24,000 bases of DNA, from assembly GCA_021324045.1 (NCBI GenBank), contig JAJPJV010000023.1:80687-104686 (forward strand), given 5' to 3'. Shown piece by piece: positions 14,771 through 22,758 of this stretch (its first letter is position 1; each line of letters begins with the position of its first letter). A model generated the notes under the pieces. That model did not search any database, had not been told where the DNA came from, and was given only the letters and a program-made list of their open reading frames with translations. Made by a program: the position numbers and the translations under genes. The stretch comes from Actinomycetota bacterium (GTDB lineage: Bacteria > Actinomycetota > Acidimicrobiia > Acidimicrobiales > RAAP-2).

Positions 14771-16392
14771 GCGCCCGTGCGAATGTCGTCTCCACGGTGG
14801 GGATCGAGACCGAACGCGACTTGATCGAGCTGCGCAGGCTGGCCCAGCAGATCGCGGCCGGTTCGGGACTGGCGCTGCAGACCCAGGTGCAGCTGGTCAT
14901 CGCGGCCACCGAGGTCGCGCTCCACGCCCTGCGCCGCGGCGGTGGGGGAACCGTCACCTTCAGGGTCGTCGGTGACGACGATGCTCGCCTCGAAGTCGTT
15001 GCCGACTCGGGATCCGGCACCGGCGAGCTCGGTGCCCTGGAGGCGGCGAGCCCCGAGGCCGGGCTGGCATGTGCGCGCCGCAACGCAGAGCAGCTGGCGA
15101 TCGAGCACCCAGCCGGGGGAGGCACGACGGTCAGGCTGTCGTGGACCCTCCCCCCGGAGGCGCAGCGCCATCCCACCCTCGGGGGCCCTCCCGACGGCGG
15201 GATGGGAGCGCTCGCTGACCTCCTCCGCCGGGAGGACCTGGTGTTGGAGCAGGTCGTCACCCTCCTTGGCAGCAAGGACTCGGAGCTCCAACGAAGCCAA
15301 TCGGAGATCGCTGAGCTGGTGGAAGAGCTCGAAGAGACCAATCGCGGACTCGTGGCGCTCCACGTCGAGCTCGAGGATGCCCGGGAGGCGGAGGCGCACC
15401 TTGCGGCGATCGTCCGCTCGTCTGACGACGCCATGTGGTCGTTGACCCCCGAGCTGACGATTGGCACCTGGAACGCTGGCGCTGAGCAGCTCCTCGGCTA
15501 CCGGCAAGAGGAGATCCTCGGCCGTCCCGCATCGATCCTGGTCCCCGAGGAGGAGCGCAGCGCCTTCACCGCGGCCCTCGAGCAGCTCTCGGGCGGCGAG
15601 CACGCGGTGCGTTACGACACGTGGCGTCGGCGCAAGGATGGCTCCTTGGTCGAGGTGTCGGTCACGCTGTCGGCGATCCGCGACGCGACAGACCGCCTTG
15701 TCGGCTACTCCGCGGTGGTCCGAGACCTCACGAGTCGCCGGCAAGCCGAACAGGCGTTGGCGGAAGCCTGGGCCGCGCACGAAGTGCTTGCGGATCGGGA
15801 CCGTATCGCCCGTGATCTCCACGACCTGGTGGTGCAACGACTCTTCGCGAGCGGCATGGCGTTGCAGGGCGTGCTCAGCCTCGCCGAGCACCCTCAGGTG
15901 CGGAGCCGCATGGAGAACGTCATCGACGATCTCGATGCCACCATCGCCGAGATCCGCTCGACGATCTTCGCCCTGGGGCACGGCCCCAAGCCCGCGAAAG
16001 GCGGCGGGCTTCGCGCTGAGATGCTCGCGGTCGCCTCCAAGGCCGCCGAGCTGCTCGGCTTCCAGCCGCGACTGGAGTTCAGCGGCCCGGTCGACACCGC
16101 GATTCCCGACGACGTTGCGGACCATCTGCTCGCCACCGCTCGCGAGGCGCTCTCGAACGTCGCGCGCCACGCTGGCGCTTCGACGGTCGAGGTCACTGTC
16201 CAGGCTGGGAGCGAGATCGTGCTCGAGGTCACCGACGACGGTCGGGGGATGGGCTCGGTCACCCACCGGAGCGGGCTGGCGAACCTAGAGCGTCGAGCGA
16301 AGATGCTCGGCGGACGTTTCGAGGTGTCCGCCAACGGCGAGCGGGGGACCCGCGTGGAATGGCGGGTCCCGCTCCCGGCCTCCTCTGGGTGA
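14767..16392 (+). CDS. sensor histidine kinase: degenerate GHKL-like N-domain, coiled coil, PAS, HisKA_3, HATPase_c
   Basis: HisKA_3 H-box DRDRIARDLHDLVVQRLFASGMALQG (His352, nt 15820-15822), similar to the DevS/NarX/DesK class. HATPase_c blocks LATAREALSNVARHAG, DDGRGM and SGLANLERRAKMLGG. PAS at about aa 212-325. The N-terminal 128 aa resemble RsbT but with altered ATP-binding motifs. ATGA overlap with the upstream gene. Confidence 0.85.
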   Translation: MSARANVVSTVGIETERDLIELRRLAQQIAAGSGLALQTQVQLVIAATEVALHALRRGGGGTVTFRVVGDDDARLEVVADSGSGTGELGALEAASPEAGLACARRNAEQLAIEHPAGGGTTVRLSWTLPPEAQRHPTLGGPPDGGMGALADLLRREDLVLEQVVTLLGSKDSELQRSQSEIAELVEELEETNRGLVALHVELEDAREAEAHLAAIVRSSDDAMWSLTPELTIGTWNAGAEQLLGYRQEEILGRPASILVPEEERSAFTAALEQLSGGEHAVRYDTWRRRKDGSLVEVSVTLSAIRDATDRLVGYSAVVRDLTSRRQAEQALAEAWAAHEVLADRDRIARDLHDLVVQRLFASGMALQGVLSLAEHPQVRSRMENVIDDLDATIAEIRSTIFALGHGPKPAKGGGLRAEMLAVASKAAELLGFQPRLEFSGPVDTAIPDDVADHLLATAREALSNVARHAGASTVEVTVQAGSEIVLEVTDDGRGMGSVTHRSGLANLERRAKMLGGRFEVSANGERGTRVEWRVPLPASSG

Positions 16393-16422
16393 GCCTCCTA
16401 CCGGGCGCGGCGGACCAGGGCT

Positions 16423-18942
16423 TCAGCCGCCGGGGTGTGCGAGCTCCCGAACGATCGCTTCAGGTTGTGGTGCCACGCCCCTCGAAGCGGCCGATGGTCG
16501 TGCACCGGACGCGGTGCTACCGATCGGTTGGCGGCCGGATCCCTCACGGGTCTGTCGGCCGAGCCGACGTTCGACCTCGAGTACCGCGCGCGTCGTGGGC
16601 ACCACGGTGTCGGGGTTCAGGCTCATCGAGTCGATACCGATCTCCACCAGGAACTGCGCGATGTCGGGGTAGTCCGACGGTGCCTGGCCACAGAGCCCGG
16701 AGTGGATGCCGTTGCGTCTGCAGCCCTCCACCGCCAAGCGGATCATGGTCTTGACACCCTCGTCGCGTTCGTCGTAGTCGAAGGCCACGACCTCGCTATC
16801 GCGATCGACCCCGAGCGTGAGTTGGGTGAGGTCGTTGGATCCGATGGAGAACCCGTCGAAGAGTTCGGCGAAGCGATCGATCAGGATCACGTTATTGGGG
16901 ACCTCGCACATCGCGTAGATCTGCAGACCGTCGTGTCCACGGACGAGCCCCAGTTCGGCCATGCGCGCCAGGACCTGGCGCGCCTCCTCGACCCGGCGGA
17001 CGAAGGGGATCATGAGCACGACGTTGGTGAGGCCCATGTCCTGGCGAACTCGTCGCATCGCTTCGCACTCCAGCGCGAAACCCTCGCTGTAGGCGGGGTG
17101 CGCATAGCGCGAAGCACCCCGGAAGCCAAGCATCGGGTTGGCTTCCTTGGGCTCGAAGTCCTCGCCACCGAGCAAGCTTGCGTACTCGTTCGTCTTGAAG
17201 TCCGACATCCGGACGACGACGGGTTTTGGCCAGAAGGCGGCAGCGATGGTACCGATGCCCTCGGACAACCGCTCGACGAAGTAGTGCGCCCCGTCTCGGT
17301 ACCCGTGCAGGAGCCGCTCGATCTCGGCGCGCGCGCCAGGGTCGGTCACCTGATCGGGGTGCACGAGAGCGAGGGGGTGCGCCTTGATGGACTCGCTCAC
17401 GATGAACTCCATGCGGGCGAGGCCGACCCCGTCGTTGGGGAGGAATGAGGTGGCGAAGGCGAGGTCGGGATTCCCGAGGTTGACCATGATCTTCGTTGCC
17501 GGCCGCGCGAGCGCTTCGGTACTGGTGCGCTCGATCCGAAAGCCCACCAGCCCGCGGTAGACGCGGCCGGTCTCGCCTTCGGCGCATGAGACCGTCACCA
17601 CCTCGCCGCTTCGCACTCGGTTCGTGGCGTCCTTCGTGCCGACCACGGCAGGGATCCCGAGCTCCCGGGCGACGATCGCCGCGTGGCACGTCCGGCCACC
17701 TCGATTGGTGACGATGGCCGCGGCCGTCTTCATCACCGGCTCCCAGTCGGGGGTGGTGGTATCGGCGATGAGCACCTCGCCGGCCTGGAACGCTTTCAGC
17801 TGGGTGACGTCGTCGATGCGCCGAGCGGTTCCGGCGGCGACCTTCTCCCCGACGGCGCGCCCTTGGGCGATGACTTCTCCTCCGGCCTCGACGACGTAGC
17901 GCTCGATGGCGGCAGGGGCACGCTGGGAGACACTGGTCTCCGGCCGGGCCTGGACCAGGTAGATCTGGCCGTCCAGACCGTCCTTGGCCCACTCCATGTC
18001 CATGGGGCGCCCGTAGTGGGCCTCGATCGCGCAGGCATTGTCGGCGAGCTCGAGCACCTCGTCGTCGCTCAGGCAGAAGCGCGATCGATCGGCTCTGGGG
18101 GTGGGGACGTTGCGCGTCGTCTGGCGGCCTCCCCCCTGGGAGAAGACCATCTTCACTGCCTTGTCCCCGAGCACTCGGCGCAGCACCGTTCGATGGCCGG
18201 CGAGGAAGGTCGGTTTGAAGACGGTGAACTCGTCGGGGTCGACCGCCCCCTGCACCACGTTCTCGCCGAGGCCATAGGAGCCGGTGATGAAGACCACGTC
18301 ACGGAAGCCTGACTCGGTGTCGAGGGAGAACATCACCCCCGCGGATGCCAGGTCCGAGCGCACCATCTTCATGATCCCGATCGACAGCAGCGTCTTGAAG
18401 TGGTCGAAGCCTTGGTCGACGCGGTAGTGGATCGCGCGGTCCAAGAACAAGCTCGCGAAGCACCGCCGGCAGGCCTCGAGGAGGTTGGCGTCTCCGCGGA
18501 CGTTGAGGTAGCTCTCGTGCTGCCCGGCGAAACTGGCACTAGGGAGGTCCTCGGAGGTGGCCGAGCTGCGGACGGCGAGGCTGACCTCGGGCCCATAGCG
18601 GGCTTGGAGCTCCCGATAGCCTGCAAGGATCTCGGAGCGCAGTGCCTCTGGGAGGCCAGCGCCGTAGACAATTTCGCGGGCCCGCTGTCCTCGTCGCGCC
18701 AGGTCGTCGACGTCGGCGGTGTCCAGACCATCCAGGGCCGCGCGCAGCGGCTCCCATGCCCCGGCCTCATCGAGCATGGCGCGGTAGGCGGCGGTGGTGA
18801 CCGCGAACCCCTCGGGCACTCGTACCCCTGCGCTGGCGAGGTGGCGAAGCATTTCCCCCAGGGAGGCATTCTTCCCGCCAACGAGGGCGAGATCCTCCAT
18901 GCCGATCTCGTCGAAGAAGCGGATGTAGCGCGGCGAGCTCAT
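16423..18942 (-). CDS. ppsA: phosphoenolpyruvate synthase (pyruvate, water dikinase)
   Basis: 839 aa from MSSPRYIRFFDEIGMEDLALVGGKNASLGEM. Phospho-His loop TNRGGRTCHAAIVARELGIPAVVG. PEP-utilising C-domain with GSNDLTQ and LCGQAPSDYP. The ORF-track entry (1627 aa) is trimmed to the ATG at 18940-18942. Confidence 0.92.
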   Translation of the reverse strand: MSSPRYIRFFDEIGMEDLALVGGKNASLGEMLRHLASAGVRVPEGFAVTTAAYRAMLDEAGAWEPLRAALDGLDTADVDDLARRGQRAREIVYGAGLPEALRSEILAGYRELQARYGPEVSLAVRSSATSEDLPSASFAGQHESYLNVRGDANLLEACRRCFASLFLDRAIHYRVDQGFDHFKTLLSIGIMKMVRSDLASAGVMFSLDTESGFRDVVFITGSYGLGENVVQGAVDPDEFTVFKPTFLAGHRTVLRRVLGDKAVKMVFSQGGGRQTTRNVPTPRADRSRFCLSDDEVLELADNACAIEAHYGRPMDMEWAKDGLDGQIYLVQARPETSVSQRAPAAIERYVVEAGGEVIAQGRAVGEKVAAGTARRIDDVTQLKAFQAGEVLIADTTTPDWEPVMKTAAAIVTNRGGRTCHAAIVARELGIPAVVGTKDATNRVRSGEVVTVSCAEGETGRVYRGLVGFRIERTSTEALARPATKIMVNLGNPDLAFATSFLPNDGVGLARMEFIVSESIKAHPLALVHPDQVTDPGARAEIERLLHGYRDGAHYFVERLSEGIGTIAAAFWPKPVVVRMSDFKTNEYASLLGGEDFEPKEANPMLGFRGASRYAHPAYSEGFALECEAMRRVRQDMGLTNVVLMIPFVRRVEEARQVLARMAELGLVRGHDGLQIYAMCEVPNNVILIDRFAELFDGFSIGSNDLTQLTLGVDRDSEVVAFDYDERDEGVKTMIRLAVEGCRRNGIHSGLCGQAPSDYPDIAQFLVEIGIDSMSLNPDTVVPTTRAVLEVERRLGRQTREGSGRQPIGSTASGARPSAASRGVAPQPEAIVRELAHPGG

Positions 18943-19112
18943 CTTCACAGCATCGAGGGTTGCCGGGGCGCGCGCTAGGGGCGAAAGTACCCATTTGCGG
19001 CCGGTTGCCGGCCAGGGTAGGCAGCCGCTTCCCGGGTCACCGTCTCTGCGGAGGCCCGGCCAGAGGACCTTCAGCCCTATTCGCTGCCCCCACGCAGCGC
19101 GATCCTGGCCAG

Positions 19113-19544
19113 ATGGGACGGATCGTGGTCGGAGTCGACGGCTCGATGCCGTCGAGGGAGGCGCTGTTGTGGGCGGTTTCGGAGGCCGCGCACACCGGGG
19201 CTGTGGTGGAGCCCATGATGGTCTGGGAGAACCCCTACCGCGAGATGTGGCTCCCCCACGTCGAGCCCCGAGGCGACCCGCTCGCCCTCGTCCGGCAACG
19301 GCTCGATCTCCTGGTCGAAGAGGTCCTCGGCCCCCACCCCGATGTCCCGATCGAACCGCTGGTTGCCGAGGGCGCTCCGGCCCGGATGCTCGTGGGTGCA
19401 GCGAAGGGTGCAGACCTCCTCGTGGTCGGCAACCGCGGGAGGGGCGGCTTCGTCGGCGTTCTGCTGGGGTCGGTGAGCTTCCACTGCGTGTCGCATGCGC
19501 CGTGTCCCGTCGTCGTGGTCCGTGGCGAGCCCGACGGGTCGTAA
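19113..19544 (+). CDS. universal stress protein (UspA family)
   Basis: 143 aa: MGRIVVGVDGSMPSREALLWAVSEA...ADLLVVGNRGRGGFVGVLLGSVSFHCVSHAPCPVVVV. This carries the canonical Usp ATP-binding G-2x-G-9x-G(S/T) block. The upstream part of the 18960 ORF is rejected. Confidence 0.85.
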   Translation: MGRIVVGVDGSMPSREALLWAVSEAAHTGAVVEPMMVWENPYREMWLPHVEPRGDPLALVRQRLDLLVEEVLGPHPDVPIEPLVAEGAPARMLVGAAKGADLLVVGNRGRGGFVGVLLGSVSFHCVSHAPCPVVVVRGEPDGS

Positions 19545-21219
19545 CGGGGCAGCCGTGCCCGCTGGTCGGTCGACGTCGCGGCGAGTGTTCGGGCACCGAG
19601 GGCTCACGCTCGCCGTGCTCTCGGTGAGCCTGCTGTTGGTCAGCCTCGACATGATGATCCTCAACGTCGCGCTCCCCGTCATCGCTCGGTCGATGCATGC
19701 GTCCTCGAGCGAACTGGCGTGGTTCGTCGATGCCTACGTGGTCGTCTTCGCCGGGTTGCTCCTGGTCGCCGGCAGCCTGGGCGATCGCCTGGGGCGCAAG
19801 TGGGTGTTCATGGTGGGGTTGGCGGCGTTCGCAGCGGGATCCGCGGCGTCCGCGTTCTCCGGGACGCCGGACCGGCTCATCGCGGCGCGGGCCTTCATGG
19901 GGATCGGTGGCGCAGCCATCATGCCCACGACCTTGTCCATCCTCACCAACGTCTACACCGAGGCCCAGGAGCGAGCTCGGGCCATCGGGATCTGGTCGGG
20001 GACGACGGGGCTCGGCGTCGCCCTCGGTCCGATGGCCGGTGGCTTCCTGTTGGCCCATTACTGGTGGGGATCGGTGTTCTTGGTGAACGTGCCGGTCGCA
20101 TTGGTGGGGCTGGTCGCGACGCCATGGCTGGTGCCCAACTCCAAGAACACGGCTGCCAAGCCTTCCGATCCGACAGGCGCCGGGCTCTCCATGGTCGGGA
20201 TGGGGCTGCTGTTGTGGGGCATCATCGAAGCCCCGACGCGCACGTGGAGCTCCCCGCTGATCCTCGGCGCCCTGACGGGGGCGCTCGTCGTGCTGGGTGC
20301 GTTCGTGATCTGGGAGCGTCGCTCGGTGCACCCCATGCTCGAGCTGGCGTTCTTCCGCTCCGCGCGGTTTTCGGCAGCCATCGCCGCGATGGCCATGGTG
20401 ATGTTCGCGTTGATGGGGTTCCTGTTCCTCCTGACCCAGTACCTGCAGTTCTCGCTGGGCTATAGCGCGTTCCAAACCGGGCTGCGCGTGGCCCCGGTCG
20501 CCGTCGTCTTCTTGATCGTCGCCCCGCTGTCGGCTGCCGCGGCGCGCGTCCTGGGAACCAAGGTCGTCGTGTTCGCTGGGATGGGGCTTGTCGTGGTGGG
20601 CTCGGTCCTGCTGTCGCGCGTCAGCGTGTCGGGCACCTACAACGACGTGCTCCCTGCGCTCTTCTTCCTCGGCGTCGGGACGGGCCTGGCGTTCGCCCCT
20701 TCGACGGAATCCGTGATGGGTTCGTTGCCGCTCGAGGATGCCGGCGTGGGATCGGCCACGAACAGCACCGCCATCCAGATCGGCGGTGCTCTGGGCGTCG
20801 CGGTACTGGGGAGCATCCTCAATACCCGCTACCAGGATCGGCTGGCCCCGCTCCTCGCCCGCCGGGGCGTTGGGCCTTCGGTTGCCCACCTCGTCACGGG
20901 CTCGTTGGGCGGGGCGCTCGCGGTCGCCGGCCATCTGGGTGGTGCGCTGGGCGACGCCCTCGCGACCGTCGCGCGCCAGGCCTTCGTGAGCGGCATGGAC
21001 GTGGCGGTCAGCGTGGGAGCCGGGGTGGTGGCAGGAGCGGCATTCGTGGTGATCGGGTTGCTTCCCAATCGCGCCCGCCCCACCCGAGCGGAATTCGGGG
21101 CGTTCGGCCCTAGCGAAGGAGGCGAACAGGGCACACCATGGGACGAAAGACGCGGAAAGGGGTCGAGAGATGAACCAGACCCGAACCTGGCTCGAAACCA
21201 ACGAGAAGCAGCTGGCTGA
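19495..21219 (+). CDS. MFS transporter, DHA2 (EmrB/QacA) family, second copy
   Basis: LAVLSVSLLLVSLDMMILNVALPVIARSMHASSSELAWFVDAYVVVFAGLLLVAGSLGDRLGRK, ARAFMGIGGAAIMP, and about 14 hydrophobic segments. Start uncertain: ATG 19495 overlaps usp by 50 nt, and GTG 19555 is an alternative. The last 35 or so codons have AT-rich third positions, so the tail may be read-through. Confidence 0.85.
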   Translation: MRRVPSSWSVASPTGRNGAAVPAGRSTSRRVFGHRGLTLAVLSVSLLLVSLDMMILNVALPVIARSMHASSSELAWFVDAYVVVFAGLLLVAGSLGDRLGRKWVFMVGLAAFAAGSAASAFSGTPDRLIAARAFMGIGGAAIMPTTLSILTNVYTEAQERARAIGIWSGTTGLGVALGPMAGGFLLAHYWWGSVFLVNVPVALVGLVATPWLVPNSKNTAAKPSDPTGAGLSMVGMGLLLWGIIEAPTRTWSSPLILGALTGALVVLGAFVIWERRSVHPMLELAFFRSARFSAAIAAMAMVMFALMGFLFLLTQYLQFSLGYSAFQTGLRVAPVAVVFLIVAPLSAAAARVLGTKVVVFAGMGLVVVGSVLLSRVSVSGTYNDVLPALFFLGVGTGLAFAPSTESVMGSLPLEDAGVGSATNSTAIQIGGALGVAVLGSILNTRYQDRLAPLLARRGVGPSVAHLVTGSLGGALAVAGHLGGALGDALATVARQAFVSGMDVAVSVGAGVVAGAAFVVIGLLPNRARPTRAEFGAFGPSEGGEQGTPWDERRGKGSRDEPDPNLARNQREAAG

Positions 21220-21523
21220 GATCGCGCGAGCCTCAGGAACCGTTCCCTGGCTCGTCCATCTCGCGGCGGTCCTCGTTGCTGACGGGCTGACCGACGCGCA
21301 GATCATTGACCAATGTGCAGCGCTGAGGACCAGGCTCCATTCAGCGGACGGTTTTCCTGCCGGCCTGCGGCGCGCGCTCCCCGAGATCAGGGAGCTGGCG
21401 AGCGATCTCGGCGTTGGAGCATCCGAGGGTGGTGATGATGGACAGCAGCGATCGAGGGAACGAGGAGCGGTCCGCGAGCGGGCGTGGCGCCCACGCGCCG
21501 GATCCCGGGCAAGGGCGGGCTGA
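21170..21523 (+). CDS. hypothetical small protein (no recognisable family)
   Basis: The first 80 or so codons give a helical-looking sequence (MNQTRTWLETNEKQLAEIARASGTVPWLVHLAAVLVADGLTDAQIIDQCAALRTRL) with roughly 75 percent GC3 by hand count. The last 35 or so codons look non-coding and overlap the next ORF. True 3' end uncertain. Confidence 0.35.
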   Translation: MNQTRTWLETNEKQLAEIARASGTVPWLVHLAAVLVADGLTDAQIIDQCAALRTRLHSADGFPAGLRRALPEIRELASDLGVGASEGGDDGQQRSRERGAVRERAWRPRAGSRARAG

Positions 21524-21752
21524 GCGCGCCGCGCGCGGCGGTTGGCGTCCTCGCCTGCGCCAGCTGGCTCGTGCTGGGGTGTGCGAGCGCTGCGGGGCTA
21601 CTGCGCATGTGCATCGTGGGCTGTGCCGGCGCTGCCGCCGCCTCGTGCTCGACGAACGCCAGAGGCTGCAGCCCTCGGAGTCCGAGGCCCGTCGCCGCGA
21701 GGTCCCACCGAGGCCGCTTCGGAATCCCCCGTGGCACCGAAAGGGTGCCTGA
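21435..21752 (+). CDS. hypothetical Arg-rich small protein with a CxxC-x10-CxxC zinc-ribbon-like motif
   Basis: GAGG (21424-21427) lies 7-10 nt before the ATG ATG at 21435/21438. High GC3. VCERCGATAHVHRGLCRRCRR (Cys codons between 21582 and 21635). The antisense 151-aa ORF is low-complexity Ala/Pro/Arg. Confidence 0.35.
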   Translation: MMDSSDRGNEERSASGRGAHAPDPGQGRAERAARGGWRPRLRQLARAGVCERCGATAHVHRGLCRRCRRLVLDERQRLQPSESEARRREVPPRPLRNPPWHRKGA

Positions 21753-21861
21753 GGAGCGGGCGCTCGCCTGAGCTGGCCTGTTCGTGGCCTGCGGGCACGC
21801 GAGAGGTGCCCGGGGGTGTCTGTCCGCTGCAGCCTGGTGCAAGCGGCTGGTGATCGCGCGT

Positions 21862-22665
21862 TCAGCGTCGATCGCTCTCCCAGGGCGTTGTGGACCATGT
21901 GTCGGGCCATGGCGGCAACGGCGGTGGTCCGAGGGGTGGTGGGGGTCCGGGTGGACGCCTTGGAGGGCGCTTTGCGATGGACTCCTCGGCGTTGGCCCCG
22001 AGGAGGACGAAGAGACCGATGAGCACCAGCCAGAGGTCGTAGAAGATCCCCCCGAGGATCATGATGACGGCGACTGCCCGCGCGATCGAGGCCGCGATGC
22101 GAGTCGCCTCCTGGCGACTCCGGTGCCTGGCGAGCCCCGCGCGCAGGACACGACCACCGTCCATCGGGAGGGCGGGAAGGAGGTTGAAGGACCCGAGGAG
22201 GACGTTCAACCACGCAAGGCGCGCGACCCACGCCCGTGCGAACAGGGTCGGTGGCCACAGTTGCACATGGAAAGCCAAGCCGGCGACGACGAAGGCGGTG
22301 GCGATCCCGAGGCTGGCGAGGGGTCCTGCCGCAGCGATCGCGAGCTCGGTGCCGGGGTCCTCTGGGATCTCGCTCATCTGGGAGAGCCCGCCGATCGGCA
22401 AGAGCAGGATGTCGAGCACGACGACGCCGTGGCGGCGTGCGACGAGTGAGTGGGCGAGTTCGTGGGCGACGACCGATCCGAAGATGGCCCCGATCCACAC
22501 CATCCCCCATCCGACGGCGGAGGCGCTCGTTCCTCCGAGCGCGATCAATGCCGGAAGGATCAGGAAGCTCCAGTGCACCAAGATGTCGATTCCCGCGATG
22601 CGCGCGATCCGCAGCGAGCCCCTGTGCCTGTGCGCTGGTTGGCCGTGCACCGTCCCATCTGCCAC
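21862..22665 (-). CDS. M50-family site-2 metalloprotease with a proline-rich C-terminal tail
   Basis: HELAH (HExxH) in a TM helix and NLLPALPMDGG (the NxxPxxxxDG motif of M50/S2P). Start chosen at GTG 22663-22665, preceded by AAGGAG + 6 nt. C-terminus RPPRRPPGPPPPLGPPPLPPWP. Confidence 0.8.
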   Translation of the reverse strand: MADGTVHGQPAHRHRGSLRIARIAGIDILVHWSFLILPALIALGGTSASAVGWGMVWIGAIFGSVVAHELAHSLVARRHGVVVLDILLLPIGGLSQMSEIPEDPGTELAIAAAGPLASLGIATAFVVAGLAFHVQLWPPTLFARAWVARLAWLNVLLGSFNLLPALPMDGGRVLRAGLARHRSRQEATRIAASIARAVAVIMILGGIFYDLWLVLIGLFVLLGANAEESIAKRPPRRPPGPPPPLGPPPLPPWPDTWSTTPWESDRR

Positions 22666-22758
22666 CGCAGGCTCCTTCAAGTCCGGACCTCCCCAGCCTG
22701 AGCGATCCTGTCGGCGTTGACCAGGGCCCAAGGTCATCGCTGCCGAGCAGCCCGACGA

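Noticed and set aside
14470-16266. 598-aa minus-strand ORF antisense to the histidine kinase
   Set aside because: It has no motifs and a biased Arg/Gly/Asp/Leu composition. The plus-strand frame carries unmistakable PAS, HisKA_3 and HATPase_c blocks.
18978-18992. GGGGCGAAAGTACCC in the ppsA/usp divergent region, reminiscent of a DosR box (GGGACTWWAGTCCC)
   Set aside because: The idea was tempting because the operon kinase has a DevS-like HisKA_3 domain and Usp genes are classic DosR targets. But only about 8 of 14 core positions match by hand alignment, and the element is not a good palindrome. It is not reportable without a genome-wide motif search.
21115-21173. Strong Shine-Dalgarno-like GAAGGAGG (21115-21122) and an 11-codon mini-ORF (ATG 21138 to TGA 21171-21173, MGRKTRKGVER) whose stop overlaps the ATG at 21170
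   Set aside because: The spacing from GGAGG to the ATG is 15 nt, too long for a functional ribosome-binding site. The mini-ORF lies inside the MFS coding tail. It is probably coincidental, though it adds to the uncertainty about the true 3' end of the MFS gene.
18943-21306. Upstream 788 codons of the 1627-aa minus-strand ORF (16423-21306) that would extend ppsA
   Set aside because: This part is Arg/Gly/Pro/His-rich low-complexity sequence. It runs antisense to the well-supported usp and MFS genes. Recognisable PpsA homology begins exactly at the ATG at 18942. It is a typical stop-codon-poor antisense frame of a GC-rich genome.
21341-22510. 389-aa minus-strand ORF overlapping the M50 protease in another frame
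   Set aside because: It is extremely Arg/Pro-rich with no motifs. The 21862-22665 frame carries HExxH and NxxPxxxxDG in hydrophobic helices.
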